Part shown: positions 36,129 through 44,408 of the stretch, one piece after another
How the letters are laid out: the number at the start of each line of letters is the position of its first letter
Numbering within the stretch: position 1 is the first letter of the stretch
NCBI GenBank assembly: GCA_041288095.1
Contig: JBGGMJ010000092.1
Span: 57 to 64,056, forward strand
Source of the DNA: Myxococcota bacterium
GTDB taxonomy: Bacteria > Myxococcota > XYA12-FULL-58-9 > JALHOP01
Length of the DNA stretch: 64,000 nt
Direction: 5' to 3'
Translations under genes and position numbers: made by a program
Notes under the pieces: model-generated
What the model was told of the DNA's origin: nothing
The model's input: only the letters and a program-made list of their open reading frames with translations
The model's database searches: none

Positions 36129-36608
36129 TTAACGTTGGACCGGCGATCGTAGGGTCCAGTCGGTGACTTCATCGACGAGCTGAGCCAAGACCGGCACCCC
36201 GTCGAGCTGCGACGCAATGGCGTCGTAGAGGGTTTCGAGCTCGCGCTCGTCCGCCTGGTCGAAGATCTTTCCGAACTTCTTCCCGCGGATGATGCACTGG
36301 GCGAACATACGGGCCCGTGCTTTGCGGTCGGCGCTCGGATTCTTGCGCAGCAAGATGGCGAATTGCTCGGCGACCTGGGCGAGCTGCTGGTTCGTGAACT
36401 GGATGGGCCCGACGTTCGGCCTGTTCTTCGTAGCGATGCCGGCAAGACCTTGCGCGATGTTGGCCTTGACGAAGCTGTCCATCACCTTCTCGGCGCCGGC
36501 TCCCTTGGCGGAAGTCTCCGTGGTCTTGGCGTCGGTCTTCTCGGCGCGATCGGCTTGTCCAGGCTGCGTATTGCCGACCTGAGGGCGGCCATCACCAATC
36601 TTCGTCAT
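36129..36608 (-). CDS. Hypothetical 159-aa protein with disordered N-terminus (candidate secreted regulator/anti-sigma; speculative)
   Basis: ORF located between the TPR chaperone gene and the sigma factor gene. The N-terminal ~45 aa are low in complexity (MTKIGDGRPQVGNTQPGQADRAEKTDAKTTETSAKGAG..). No family was recognised. Confidence 0.5.
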   Translation of the reverse strand: MTKIGDGRPQVGNTQPGQADRAEKTDAKTTETSAKGAGAEKVMDSFVKANIAQGLAGIATKNRPNVGPIQFTNQQLAQVAEQFAILLRKNPSADRKARARMFAQCIIRGKKFGKIFDQADERELETLYDAIASQLDGVPVLAQLVDEVTDWTLRSPVQR

Positions 36609-36738
36609 AAGTTCTCCGGAAAAGTCAGGAGTCGCAGGCTGCGTTTGTCGGAACGCTTCGCACTGCGGTCATGGGGCCGTATGGCTTGTCTTGTCAACGT
36701 GGTCCACGCGAATAGCGCGGAATGCTAGCACCAACAGG

Positions 36739-37155
36739 TCAACCGAAGATACCGAGCTCGTGCGCTTCTTTCAGGTACTTCGCGAACTGACCCGCGGGCC
36801 CTTCGGGCTCGAGAGCGATTGCCTTGTCGACCGCTTGAACGGCGTCCTTCGGCTTCTTGAGGAAGAAGAGCGCCTCGCCGATCGAGGCGTGTGCCGCGGC
36901 GGAGCCCGGATTGAGCTCGGCGGCCTTCTGATGCGCTTTGAGCGCCGGCGTGAAGCGGCCCATCGAGAAGTAGAGGTTGCCGAGCGCGAGGTGCGGGACC
37001 TCGCTGTGCGGGATGAGCGCCGAGACCCCCGCGAAGACCTCTTCGGCTTCCTTGTTCTTCCCGAGCTCCATGTAGAGGTAGCCGGCCTCGAGGAGCAGGG
37101 TTACGTCGCGTTGGGGGACCGGAATAATGCCCTGGATGATGAGATCTTCAGCCAT
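36739..37155 (-). CDS. TPR-repeat protein, T3SS class II chaperone-like (LcrH/SycD/CesD type)
   Basis: 138 aa with three TPR units (..GYLYMELGKNKEAEEVFAGV..LGNLYFSMGRFTPALKAHQKAAELNPGSAAAHASIGEALFFLKKPKDAVQAVDKAIALEP). It lies directly downstream of the needle-like gene. Confidence 0.6.
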   Translation of the reverse strand: MAEDLIIQGIIPVPQRDVTLLLEAGYLYMELGKNKEAEEVFAGVSALIPHSEVPHLALGNLYFSMGRFTPALKAHQKAAELNPGSAAAHASIGEALFFLKKPKDAVQAVDKAIALEPEGPAGQFAKYLKEAHELGIFG

Positions 37156-37242
37156 GTGACGTCGTTATACTCCCTGGTCGGCTTGGCGTGGCAAGGTACA
37201 TAAACGAGTTTGGGGGGTGTGGGTTGCGGGGCCACGAGGTCG

Positions 37243-37274
37243 CAAAAAAAACGGGGCCCCAATGGAGCCCCGTT
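37243..37274 (-). terminator. Rho-independent terminator after the needle-like gene
   Basis: The minus-strand transcript reads CGGGGC-UCCAUUGGG-GCCCCG followed by U8 (plus-strand A-run 37244-37251). It lies 56 nt after the stop at 37330. Confidence 0.7.
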
Positions 37275-37329
37275 TTGACGAACGATGAGAAGTCGCGAGT
37301 GGCGGGCGCGGCCGGAGCCGCGCGCTCTA

Positions 37330-37887
37330 TTAACGAACGTTGTTGATAGAGTTCTTCGCCGTATCGTGCTTCGTCTTCATGATGTTCGACAGCGTCGTGA
37401 ACTGACGGTTGTCGGCTTGCATGTTCTGCTGCAGGCCCAAGTACTGCAGGTTGAAGCTCTGGTTGAGCTCCTGCATGCGCTTGGTCTCTTGGAGCAGAAT
37501 GGCTGACGAGTCACCCGAGGCTGCGAGACCGTCGAGCGCCGTGTTGCCGGTGGCATAGCCGCCGGTGCCGGCCATTGCACCACCGCCGGTGACCAGACCG
37601 CCGCCGCTCGACATGGTGCCGACGCTGGCGCCGCTGATGCCCGTGGCCCCTTGGCCGGTGGCGTGCGACTTGAGGGTACCTACACCCGAGATGGCCGCGG
37701 AGAGAACCGCGCCGCCGGGGATGTACGGAGCCGCCAACTGTCCGGCGTTGAGCACCGCATTGGTGGTGCGCGAAAGGCCGGTGGACAGGACGCTGCCGAA
37801 GTCCGTCTTAGGAGCCTGACGGGCACGGCTCTGGTCGATATCGACCCGAAGTCCTGACTGTTGTGGCTGGTCAATCTTGGAATCCAT
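37330..37887 (-). CDS. Needle-filament family protein (SctF/MxiH/PrgI-like C-terminus) with long Gly/Ala/Ser-rich N-terminal extension
   Basis: The last 33 aa, QQNMQADNRQFTTLSNIMKTKHDTAKNSINNVR, align without gaps to the MxiH C-terminus QSKLSEYTLYRNAQSNTVKVIKDVDAAIIQNFR. Shared positions are Q1, SN15-16, K19, D23, I29, N31 and terminal R. AGGAG RBS is present. Length is 185 aa, versus ~80 aa for classical needle subunits. Confidence 0.55.
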   Translation of the reverse strand: MDSKIDQPQQSGLRVDIDQSRARQAPKTDFGSVLSTGLSRTTNAVLNAGQLAAPYIPGGAVLSAAISGVGTLKSHATGQGATGISGASVGTMSSGGGLVTGGGAMAGTGGYATGNTALDGLAASGDSSAILLQETKRMQELNQSFNLQYLGLQQNMQADNRQFTTLSNIMKTKHDTAKNSINNVR

Positions 37888-38003
37888 CGCCGACTTCTCC
37901 TCTCAAAACTGCTGCTAGGCTACTCGCTAGCACGAGTCGATTATTGGTAGCGCCGCGCGTGCTAACTACTCGCTGCGCTTTCGTTCGTCTTTGCTGCCTA
38001 ACC

Positions 38004-38030
38004 TTATCGATGGGGCCGGATTCGGGTTGT
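38004..38030 (-). promoter_or_regulatory. Candidate sigma-28-like promoter of the needle-like gene (ACAACC-N15-CGATAA)
   Basis: The minus strand reads TC-ACAACC-CGAATCCGGCCCCAT-CGATAA-G, 117 nt upstream of the ATG at 37887. The architecture is the same as at 24263-24237. Confidence 0.45.
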
Positions 38031-38152
38031 GAAAATGACGTGCCAAGCGTCAGTTCGAATGTACGCAACAAAATTTAGTGTAGGCGTAGCGGGCACTTAC
38101 GAACACGCGTGAGCACGGTCGCGCTGTCAGCCTGTCGCGTAACATGTTGATT

Positions 38153-38488
38153 TTACTTCGTTCCTTGGGTTTCTAGCTCAGCCTTTGTCTGGAACAAATA
38201 CTCCATCAGATCGGCGGCGCGCTCGACCGCGATCATGGCTTTTTTGACTGCCGCCTTGTCCTTCTGGGCCTTCTTGTCCTCGTCGAAGGTCGCCAGACCG
38301 TCGAGGATGTCGGTCAGCTTGGCGTTGATGGTGTCGTGGGTCTCGTTCTCGAGGATGCGCTCGATGCGCGCAAACCCCAGCGAGCGCTCTTCTTCGGGCT
38401 CGGCCTTCTGTGGACCTCGGCGTTGCACCGTTGGCTTGCGCGTGTCGGCGATCTTGAAGGACTGAAGATTCCCGCCTTTGTTGGCCAT
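38153..38488 (-). CDS. Hypothetical small charged protein (111 aa)
   Basis: ATG with GGAG upstream. The product is helical and K/E-rich (..FDEDKKAQKDKAAVKKAMIAVERAADLMEYLF..). No family was recognised. Confidence 0.5.
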   Translation of the reverse strand: MANKGGNLQSFKIADTRKPTVQRRGPQKAEPEEERSLGFARIERILENETHDTINAKLTDILDGLATFDEDKKAQKDKAAVKKAMIAVERAADLMEYLFQTKAELETQGTK

Positions 38489-38508
38489 AAACGCTCCAAG
38501 CTCTGCTG

Positions 38509-39156
38509 TCAGTTCACGCAGCTCGCGCTGCCGTCGTCTTCTGGAGATGTACCATCGCAGAGCTCACGTAGGTTGGTACAGCTATCCGCGTCCAAATCGA
38601 GAATTTCCGCTATCGTCGTCTGGTCGCGGCAGTCCGCGGCTACCTCGGTGGTGCCGGCGTCGGTGGCGATGAGCGAGCGTGCGAAGCAAAGGGCGCTGGC
38701 GAGCGGCCCCTTGGGGCCGTTGAGCAGGTCACGCAGATCCGCCACGTCGTCGTCGGTGTCGACGTACATCCCGGTGATGTCGTCGTCGCTGAAGGTGACC
38801 GAGACGGTGCCTTCGCTGTCCCTGAGTCGCTGCGGCGTCAGGTCGGCCTGGGTAATGGCGTAGCGCACGGGTAGGGCGCGGCCGTCGCCTGGTACGGCAA
38901 AGCGGAGCACCAGGAAGCGGGTGATGCCCGTGGGGATGTCGCCGCACGTTCCGCTGGCGCGGCCGGCGCTATCGACGGTCAAGTTGCAGGGCGCGAGGTT
39001 GCCGCTGATGAACAGGGTCGCTGCTAGCCCCGCCGGCACCGTGGAGCCGCAGGTGAGGTCCGATGCCTGGGGCATGACGAGCTGTACCTCGACGTCGTCC
39101 CCACCGCAGGCGCATGTTGCCGCTATCGCGGACAAGAGGAAGGCGCGCCTGATCAT
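38509..39156 (-). CDS. Hypothetical Cys-rich lipoprotein
   Basis: The internal ATG gives MIRRAFLLSAIAATCAC (lipobox). The start overlaps the stop of the upstream gene. The track ORF 5' extension (to 39291) is R-rich and was rejected. Confidence 0.55.
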   Translation of the reverse strand: MIRRAFLLSAIAATCACGGDDVEVQLVMPQASDLTCGSTVPAGLAATLFISGNLAPCNLTVDSAGRASGTCGDIPTGITRFLVLRFAVPGDGRALPVRYAITQADLTPQRLRDSEGTVSVTFSDDDITGMYVDTDDDVADLRDLLNGPKGPLASALCFARSLIATDAGTTEVAADCRDQTTIAEILDLDADSCTNLRELCDGTSPEDDGSASCVN

Positions 39157-39860
39157 CGGGACTCCAGCCCTTGAGAGCTGATCTCGAAAGCAATGCGGTC
39201 GGGATAGTCGCGCCCGCCACCGCTGGTCGCCAAGACGATGATGCCGACGGTGGCGAGGAGCGCCGCGCCGCCGGCGGCGTACCAGACCCAACGTTTGCAG
39301 TAGAACGGTTGGTCGCTCTCACCAGCCTCGCAGCGCGCGAGAAAACCCTGCTGCGTATGCTGGGCCGTCACCATGGGCGCCTCTTCGGGGGCGGTGCCGT
39401 GCTCCTCGACGACGACCGGGCTCACCATGGCGTCCGGCAGGGGACACTCGGGCGCGCGCTTGACCGCTCGAGCGAACAGCGGCGCGTCTGGACTGCCTAC
39501 CCGCGAAGGTCCGTTGCCGTTCTCGTCGAACACCTCGACGAAATACTCGAGCGCGCCCGTCAGCTCGTTCTTCGCGATGGTGGCGCGCCAGAGCTCGCCG
39601 TCGCGGGTGAAGTTGACGTGCTTCCAGGTCTTGTCGCTCGCCAGGTGGTAGACGAGCTTGGGCTCATAGAGCTCCGATTGATCGGCGAAGCGCGCCACGA
39701 CTGTGAATGGCCGATCTTTCTGGAAGGCCTCGCAGGGCTTGAAGCCGATCACCGGCGGCGCCGTATCGGCGTTTTGTTCGGCCCGAGCCCTCGCGGGCAG
39801 GACGGCGGTCAAAGAGGCGAGCACGAGCGCGGCCGCGCGACGCATGCGAGCGAAGCTCAT
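39153..39860 (-). CDS. Hypothetical secreted protein with C-terminal TM anchor
   Basis: Signal peptide MSFARMRRAAALVLASLTAVLPARARA and C-terminal TM segment WVWYAAGGAALLATVGIIVLA. The ATG overlaps the kinase stop (ATGA at 39860-39857). The track ORF 5' extension to 40478 was rejected. Confidence 0.55.
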   Translation of the reverse strand: MSFARMRRAAALVLASLTAVLPARARAEQNADTAPPVIGFKPCEAFQKDRPFTVVARFADQSELYEPKLVYHLASDKTWKHVNFTRDGELWRATIAKNELTGALEYFVEVFDENGNGPSRVGSPDAPLFARAVKRAPECPLPDAMVSPVVVEEHGTAPEEAPMVTAQHTQQGFLARCEAGESDQPFYCKRWVWYAAGGAALLATVGIIVLATSGGGRDYPDRIAFEISSQGLESR

Positions 39861-41728
39861 CGGGTTCGCCGCAGCGTCACATGTAGTCTTCGTCCTTCCT
39901 TCGGGTTTGCGAGGTCGCAGGTGACCATGCCTTCCACGGCGCGCACCGTCTGCGGTGACCGGCCCGAGGTGGCGTTGTTGCAAGTCACGATGGCCCAGGG
40001 GTCGGGCTCGAGCGTGAAGCTCATCACGTCGTCGAGCACGGCATAGCGGACAGTGAGCGCGAACGGATCGGCGGCGACGTCGCCGCCGGAGCCGAGCACG
40101 AAATCGCCGCCGTTGTCGGCGACGCGCACGCTCTGACCTCTGCCTCCCCGGACCAACTTGAGTGAGGGCTCGGTGACGATCTGCACGCTCCCGAGGCCCG
40201 AGCTCCCCGACTTGCCGTGCGTATCGCCGGTGCCTTTTGCGTCCTTCTTGTCGGACTTTTCGCGGGACGGGCTGCCGACCGCCGGAGCGTTGCGGCCCGA
40301 CTTGATGACCATCTCGTCGATGCGCGGCCGCATGGGTTCCGCGGCCTTGGCCTTCTCGATGAGGCGGCGCACGGCGGGATCGTTGACGTCGACATCGGCG
40401 CGCGGGAGGCCCAAGATTCGCCGCGTTTCTTCCATGGCGACGGCGTGACGATGGGCGATGGTGGCCCGCGTGATCCATACCGAGCCGGCGACAGTGACGA
40501 CCACGATCATCGCCAGGGCGACGAAAAACGGCAGGCGTGATTGCACCATGAGCCCAGCCTCTTCGGCCAGGGTGCGTCCGCTATTGCGACGCTCACGCGC
40601 GATGGTGCTGCCGTTCGTGTCCATGGGATCGAGCGAGGACGCTCGCGACGCCGCGTTGACGTCGGCGGCCTCATCGGGTGTGAGCTGGCGCGTGTGGCGG
40701 TCGCGCGGCACCCCGCGCTGTTGCCCTCTCTCCTTGCTGAGCTGGTACTCGGTTTGGGTGTTCTCGAGAGCGCTCGCGATGATGCGCCGCTCGCTGGCGA
40801 TCTGATCCTCGAAGATGTCGCCCATATAGGCGGCGAGCGGTGTCGGCGGCTGCTCGAGGTCCCCGCTGCGCAGCAGGGCATGAAGGTCGTCGGCGAGCTC
40901 GCTACAGTCGCTATAGCGGTCACTCAGCTTCTTTGCGAGAGCCTTGGCGATGATCGGATCGAAGGGGGCGAGCTTGCGGCTGTGTTGCGATACCGGCGGT
41001 GGCTCGAGGCGCTGGATGGCGTCCATCGAGAGCACGGCATTCGACTTCACGAAGGGATTGCTGCCGGTGAGCGTCTCGTAGAGGCAGATACCGACCGAGA
41101 AGATGTCGCTGCGCTTGTCGAGCGGTTGGGCGGCGCTCTGCTCCGGCGACATGTAGACGAACTTGCCCTTGATGGTGCCGGTTTCGGTGCGCTCCCCCGA
41201 AGAACCGCTCTTGGCGATGCCGAAGTCGATGAGCTTCAGGTCTCCGCTATAGGAGATCAGCAGATTCGCCGGGTTGACGTCGCGGTGGATGATCGACAAC
41301 TCGGTGCCCGAGAGGCCGGTGGCGTTGTGCGCGAACGAGAGACCCGAGCACAGGTCCGCTATCACGGTAGCGGCATGGGCCGCCGGCACCGACTCACCCA
41401 GCTTGCGGGCACGATCGATGACCTCGCGCAGCGGCTTACCCGCGACGTACTCCATGGCGAGGTAGTAGGACTGCTCGATCTCGCCCATCTCGTAGATCTG
41501 CACGATGTGCGGATGCGAGAGCTGCGCGGCGATGCGCGCCTCGGCGAAGAACATGTTGACGAACTGATCGTTCGCCGTGTGGTGCGGCAGGATCCGTTTG
41601 ATGACCAGCAGCTTCTTGAAGCCAACGGGGCCACGAAGCTTCGCAAGGAAGATCTCTCCCATGCCGCCCATCGCGAGCCGCTTGATCAGGAAGTACTTCC
41701 CGTATGTGGTGCCTTCGCCGCCGATCAT
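39857..41728 (-). CDS. Hanks-type Ser/Thr protein kinase with TM segment and C-terminal extracytoplasmic domain
   Basis: Kinase motifs GGMGEIFLAK (G-loop), VIKRI (Lys), HRDVNPANLL (catalytic loop), DFGIAK and SPEQ. A TM segment LPFFVALAMIVVVTVAGSVWI follows. Confidence 0.9.
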   Translation of the reverse strand: MIGGEGTTYGKYFLIKRLAMGGMGEIFLAKLRGPVGFKKLLVIKRILPHHTANDQFVNMFFAEARIAAQLSHPHIVQIYEMGEIEQSYYLAMEYVAGKPLREVIDRARKLGESVPAAHAATVIADLCSGLSFAHNATGLSGTELSIIHRDVNPANLLISYSGDLKLIDFGIAKSGSSGERTETGTIKGKFVYMSPEQSAAQPLDKRSDIFSVGICLYETLTGSNPFVKSNAVLSMDAIQRLEPPPVSQHSRKLAPFDPIIAKALAKKLSDRYSDCSELADDLHALLRSGDLEQPPTPLAAYMGDIFEDQIASERRIIASALENTQTEYQLSKERGQQRGVPRDRHTRQLTPDEAADVNAASRASSLDPMDTNGSTIARERRNSGRTLAEEAGLMVQSRLPFFVALAMIVVVTVAGSVWITRATIAHRHAVAMEETRRILGLPRADVDVNDPAVRRLIEKAKAAEPMRPRIDEMVIKSGRNAPAVGSPSREKSDKKDAKGTGDTHGKSGSSGLGSVQIVTEPSLKLVRGGRGQSVRVADNGGDFVLGSGGDVAADPFALTVRYAVLDDVMSFTLEPDPWAIVTCNNATSGRSPQTVRAVEGMVTCDLANPKEGRRLHVTLRRTR

Positions 41729-41820
41729 TTCGGACCACGCCGCCCTACGAGGATCGCTCGCAACGGGTGCCGGGGAAGTCTAGAAGTGGCTGAATATGTG
41801 GTCAAGCAAAGCTGCGACCT

Positions 41821-41843
41821 TGCTCCACAAACTGCTCCACAAA
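41821..41843. repeat. Tandem direct repeat TGCTCCACAAA x2 (1-nt spacer) in the kinase-operon upstream region
   Basis: TGCTCCACAAA-C-TGCTCCACAAA was read directly at 41821-41843, between the fmt stop (41852) and the kinase start (41728). Confidence 0.6.
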
Positions 41844-41851
41844 GATTGGGG

Positions 41852-42793
41852 TCAGGACCCGGCGACGTCGAAGTTGGCGCCCGAGGCGATCCCGCGCCCG
41901 GCCACCCAGGCCGCGGCCGGCATCATTCTTTTGCCCGGCAACTGCACTTCCTCGAGCAGCAAGCCCTCGTGACCACATGCGACCACAACGCCGTTCTTGT
42001 CGGCTCGCAGGACCGCGCCGGCCGCGCCGGCGGCTTCGACCCGTCGCGCCTTTCCTATGGCAACCGGTTGACCCCCGAGCATGACCCGCGCGCCGGGCCA
42101 GGGAGTCATGGCTCGTACCTGTCGCTCGAGCTCCACCGCCGGATGCCTTAAGTCGAGCAGGCCGTCGCTCTTGGCGAGCGGCGGGGCATGGGTGACCCCG
42201 GTGGCCGCCTGCGGTGTCGCCGTTAGCTTGCCGTCGAGGATCCTGGACAGTGTCTGTAATAGCGTACGCGCGCCGAGCTCCGCGAGCTTCGGAGTGAGCG
42301 AGGCGGTGGTGTCGTCCGCTGTAATCGACAAGCGAGCCTCGGCGTACACCGGTCCGGTGTCGAGGCCCTCCTCCATCCGCATGATGCCGACCCCGGTCTC
42401 GGCGTCACCTTTCCAGATCGCGTAGGCGATGGGTGCCGCGCCGCGCCACCGCGGCAGGAGCGAGGCGTGCACGTTGATGCAGCCGTGCTTGGGGACCGCG
42501 AGCAGCGTCGGCGTGAGAATGCGACCATAAGCGGCCACGACGGCGACGTCGGGAGCGAAGCTCGCGAAGGTGGCGGCGGTCTCGGGCACCTTCATCTTTG
42601 CCGGCTGAAAGACCGTGATGCCGTGCTCGAGCGCGAGCTGCTTCACTGGTGATGGCGTGAGGACTTGTCCGCGTCCGACAGGTCGATCGGGCTGGGTGAT
42701 GACGCCGACGACCTCGTGCTCAGCCGAGTCGATGAGCGCGCGCAACGACGGCACGGCGAACTCGGGAGTGCCCATGAAGACGACGCGGGCCAT
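41852..42793 (-). CDS. fmt: Methionyl-tRNA formyltransferase
   Basis: MARVVFMGTPEFAVPSL.., ..INVHASLLPRWRGAAPI.. (the SLLP motif), and a C-terminal tRNA-binding domain. It is adjacent to def. Confidence 0.92.
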   Translation of the reverse strand: MARVVFMGTPEFAVPSLRALIDSAEHEVVGVITQPDRPVGRGQVLTPSPVKQLALEHGITVFQPAKMKVPETAATFASFAPDVAVVAAYGRILTPTLLAVPKHGCINVHASLLPRWRGAAPIAYAIWKGDAETGVGIMRMEEGLDTGPVYAEARLSITADDTTASLTPKLAELGARTLLQTLSRILDGKLTATPQAATGVTHAPPLAKSDGLLDLRHPAVELERQVRAMTPWPGARVMLGGQPVAIGKARRVEAAGAAGAVLRADKNGVVVACGHEGLLLEEVQLPGKRMMPAAAWVAGRGIASGANFDVAGS

Positions 42794-42796
42794 GGC

Positions 42797-43381
42797 CTAA
42801 AGGTTCTGCGCCGCCTCGACGCCGTCATCGGTCTCTTCGCTCTTCAAGCGCACCATCTTCCGCTTGATGACGTCGCGCTTCAGCTTGGAGAGGTAGTCGA
42901 CGAACATCTTGCCGTTCAAGTGATCGATCTCGTGTTGCAAGCAGACGGCGAAGAGGCCGTGCGCGTCGAGCTCGAAAGGCTTGCCGTCTTTGTCGAAGGC
43001 TTTCACGAGCACGTGCTCGCGGCGCTTGACGTCTTCGGTGATGCCGGGGACCGAGAGGCAGCCCTCGTTCCAGGTGATGTCACCGTCGGCGCTCACGATC
43101 TCCGGGTTGATGACGGCGAGTGGACCCTTGTAGCCCCAGGAAGCGAGCTCGGCGCCGACTTCGGGATCTGTCTCACCGTCCTTGCGTGGATCGAGGTCGA
43201 TGACGATGACCCGTTGCGCGACGGCGATCTGCGTGGCGGCGAGACCGATGCCCCGCGCCTTGTACATGGTGTCGAACATGTCGGCCACGAGGGTGCGCAG
43301 GCCGTCGTCGAAGTTGGTGACTGGCTTGGCCACTTCGGCGAGCGCCGGATCGGGCCAAACGACGATCTTGCGGACGGTCAT
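42797..43381 (-). CDS. def: Peptide deformylase
   Basis: Three motifs are present: GIGLAATQI, EGCLSVPG and QHEIDHLNG. The start was trimmed to MTVRKIVVWPDP; the track start is 43417. Confidence 0.92.
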   Translation of the reverse strand: MTVRKIVVWPDPALAEVAKPVTNFDDGLRTLVADMFDTMYKARGIGLAATQIAVAQRVIVIDLDPRKDGETDPEVGAELASWGYKGPLAVINPEIVSADGDITWNEGCLSVPGITEDVKRREHVLVKAFDKDGKPFELDAHGLFAVCLQHEIDHLNGKMFVDYLSKLKRDVIKRKMVRLKSEETDDGVEAAQNL

Positions 43382-43433
43382 GCGGCGATATTGACCATGC
43401 GTTTTCGGGGTTGGCAAGCCACGTGCGGGTGCC

Positions 43434-43916
43434 TCATCGGCCTGTGCGTCGCATGATGCGCTGGAGCTCGCGCTTGGTGTCGCGGTCCTTGATGTCGCGC
43501 CGCCGATCGATGTCGGTCTTGCTCTTGCCGATACCGATCTCGACCTTCACGCGACCGTCCTTGAAATACATCGACAGCGGAATGGCGTTTTCGCCCTTCT
43601 CGCGGATGCGAACGTCGAGGCGCTCGATCTCGTGGGCATGCAGCAGCAGCTTTCGCATCCGCGTCGGCTCGTGGTTGAAGATGTTGCCAGCGCTATATTC
43701 GGGGATGTGCGCGTTCGAGAGGAACGCTTCGCTATTGCGGATGAGCACGTAGGCGTCGTTGAGCATGACGCGGCCTTCGCGGCACGACTTGACTTCGGTG
43801 CCGGTGAGCACCATGCCGGCTTCGAGTTTGTCGCTGAAGGCGTAGTTGTGGAGCGCGCGTCGGTTGTCGGCGATCAACTTCTTGCCAACCGCTCCGTCTT
43901 GCTTTTTCTTGCTCAT
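43434..43916 (-). CDS. smpB: SsrA-binding protein SmpB
   Basis: ..IADNRRALHNYAFSDKLEAGMVLTGTEVKS..NAHIPEY..HEPTRMRKLLLH..E..L.. is the typical SmpB sequence. Length is 160 aa. Confidence 0.92.
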   Translation of the reverse strand: MSKKKQDGAVGKKLIADNRRALHNYAFSDKLEAGMVLTGTEVKSCREGRVMLNDAYVLIRNSEAFLSNAHIPEYSAGNIFNHEPTRMRKLLLHAHEIERLDVRIREKGENAIPLSMYFKDGRVKVEIGIGKSKTDIDRRRDIKDRDTKRELQRIMRRTGR

Positions 43917-43936
43917 GTTCTCGCGGAGGATTCCGA

Positions 43937-44362
43937 ATGCTGCGTGCTACTTTGTTCACTGCTGCCGCTGTCGCCTTGATCGCCTGTAACGATTCCAATG
44001 CGCCCGGGAAGGTCACCGGCAAAGACGTCCGGGATTCGTTCGGCGAGGCAGCCCGTACCACCAACGCGTACGTTAGCCAAACCCGCGCCGACGTGGTTGC
44101 CAAGGGGAAGACCGAGATCGCCAAGGCCGATGCCGAGCTCGCGGTCCTGCGCGCCAAGGCCAACGGGGCGGCCGCGGATGCCAAGGCGGGCATCGACGCG
44201 TCCATCACCAAGCTCGAAAAGGAGCGCGCCGAGGCGGCGTCCAAGCTGGACGAGCTGCAGAACGCCACCGGAGACGCCTGGAAGGACATGACCGCGGGCC
44301 TCGACCGGGCGCTCGACGAGCTCGGTGAAGCCGGCAAAGACGCCAAGAACCGCTTCGACTGA
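43937..44362 (+). CDS. Hypothetical helical lipoprotein
   Basis: Lipobox AVALIAC, followed by A/K/E-rich helical sequence. Confidence 0.55.
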   Translation: MLRATLFTAAAVALIACNDSNAPGKVTGKDVRDSFGEAARTTNAYVSQTRADVVAKGKTEIAKADAELAVLRAKANGAAADAKAGIDASITKLEKERAEAASKLDELQNATGDAWKDMTAGLDRALDELGEAGKDAKNRFD

Positions 44363-44408
44363 GCGGCCCTCGGTTGTCGACCTCCGGCCCCGATGATATC
44401 GACCCTCC

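Noticed and set aside
37201-37227. Weak ACAACC-like/-10-like pair (GCAACC-N15-CGTTTA, minus) upstream of the TPR chaperone gene
   Set aside because: There are too many mismatches in the -10 core, so it is not reported as a promoter.
40541-42151. 536-aa plus-strand ORF spanning the kinase and fmt genes
   Set aside because: It is antisense to two well-supported genes and crosses their intergenic gap. Its composition is that of a shadow frame.
43417-43937. Looked for tmRNA (ssrA) next to smpB, and for tRNA, rRNA or CRISPR arrays anywhere
   Set aside because: The gaps flanking smpB are under 25 bp. No cloverleaf-like or rRNA-like segments and no spaced direct-repeat arrays were noticed in any intergenic region. 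This was by eye, with no covariance-model search.
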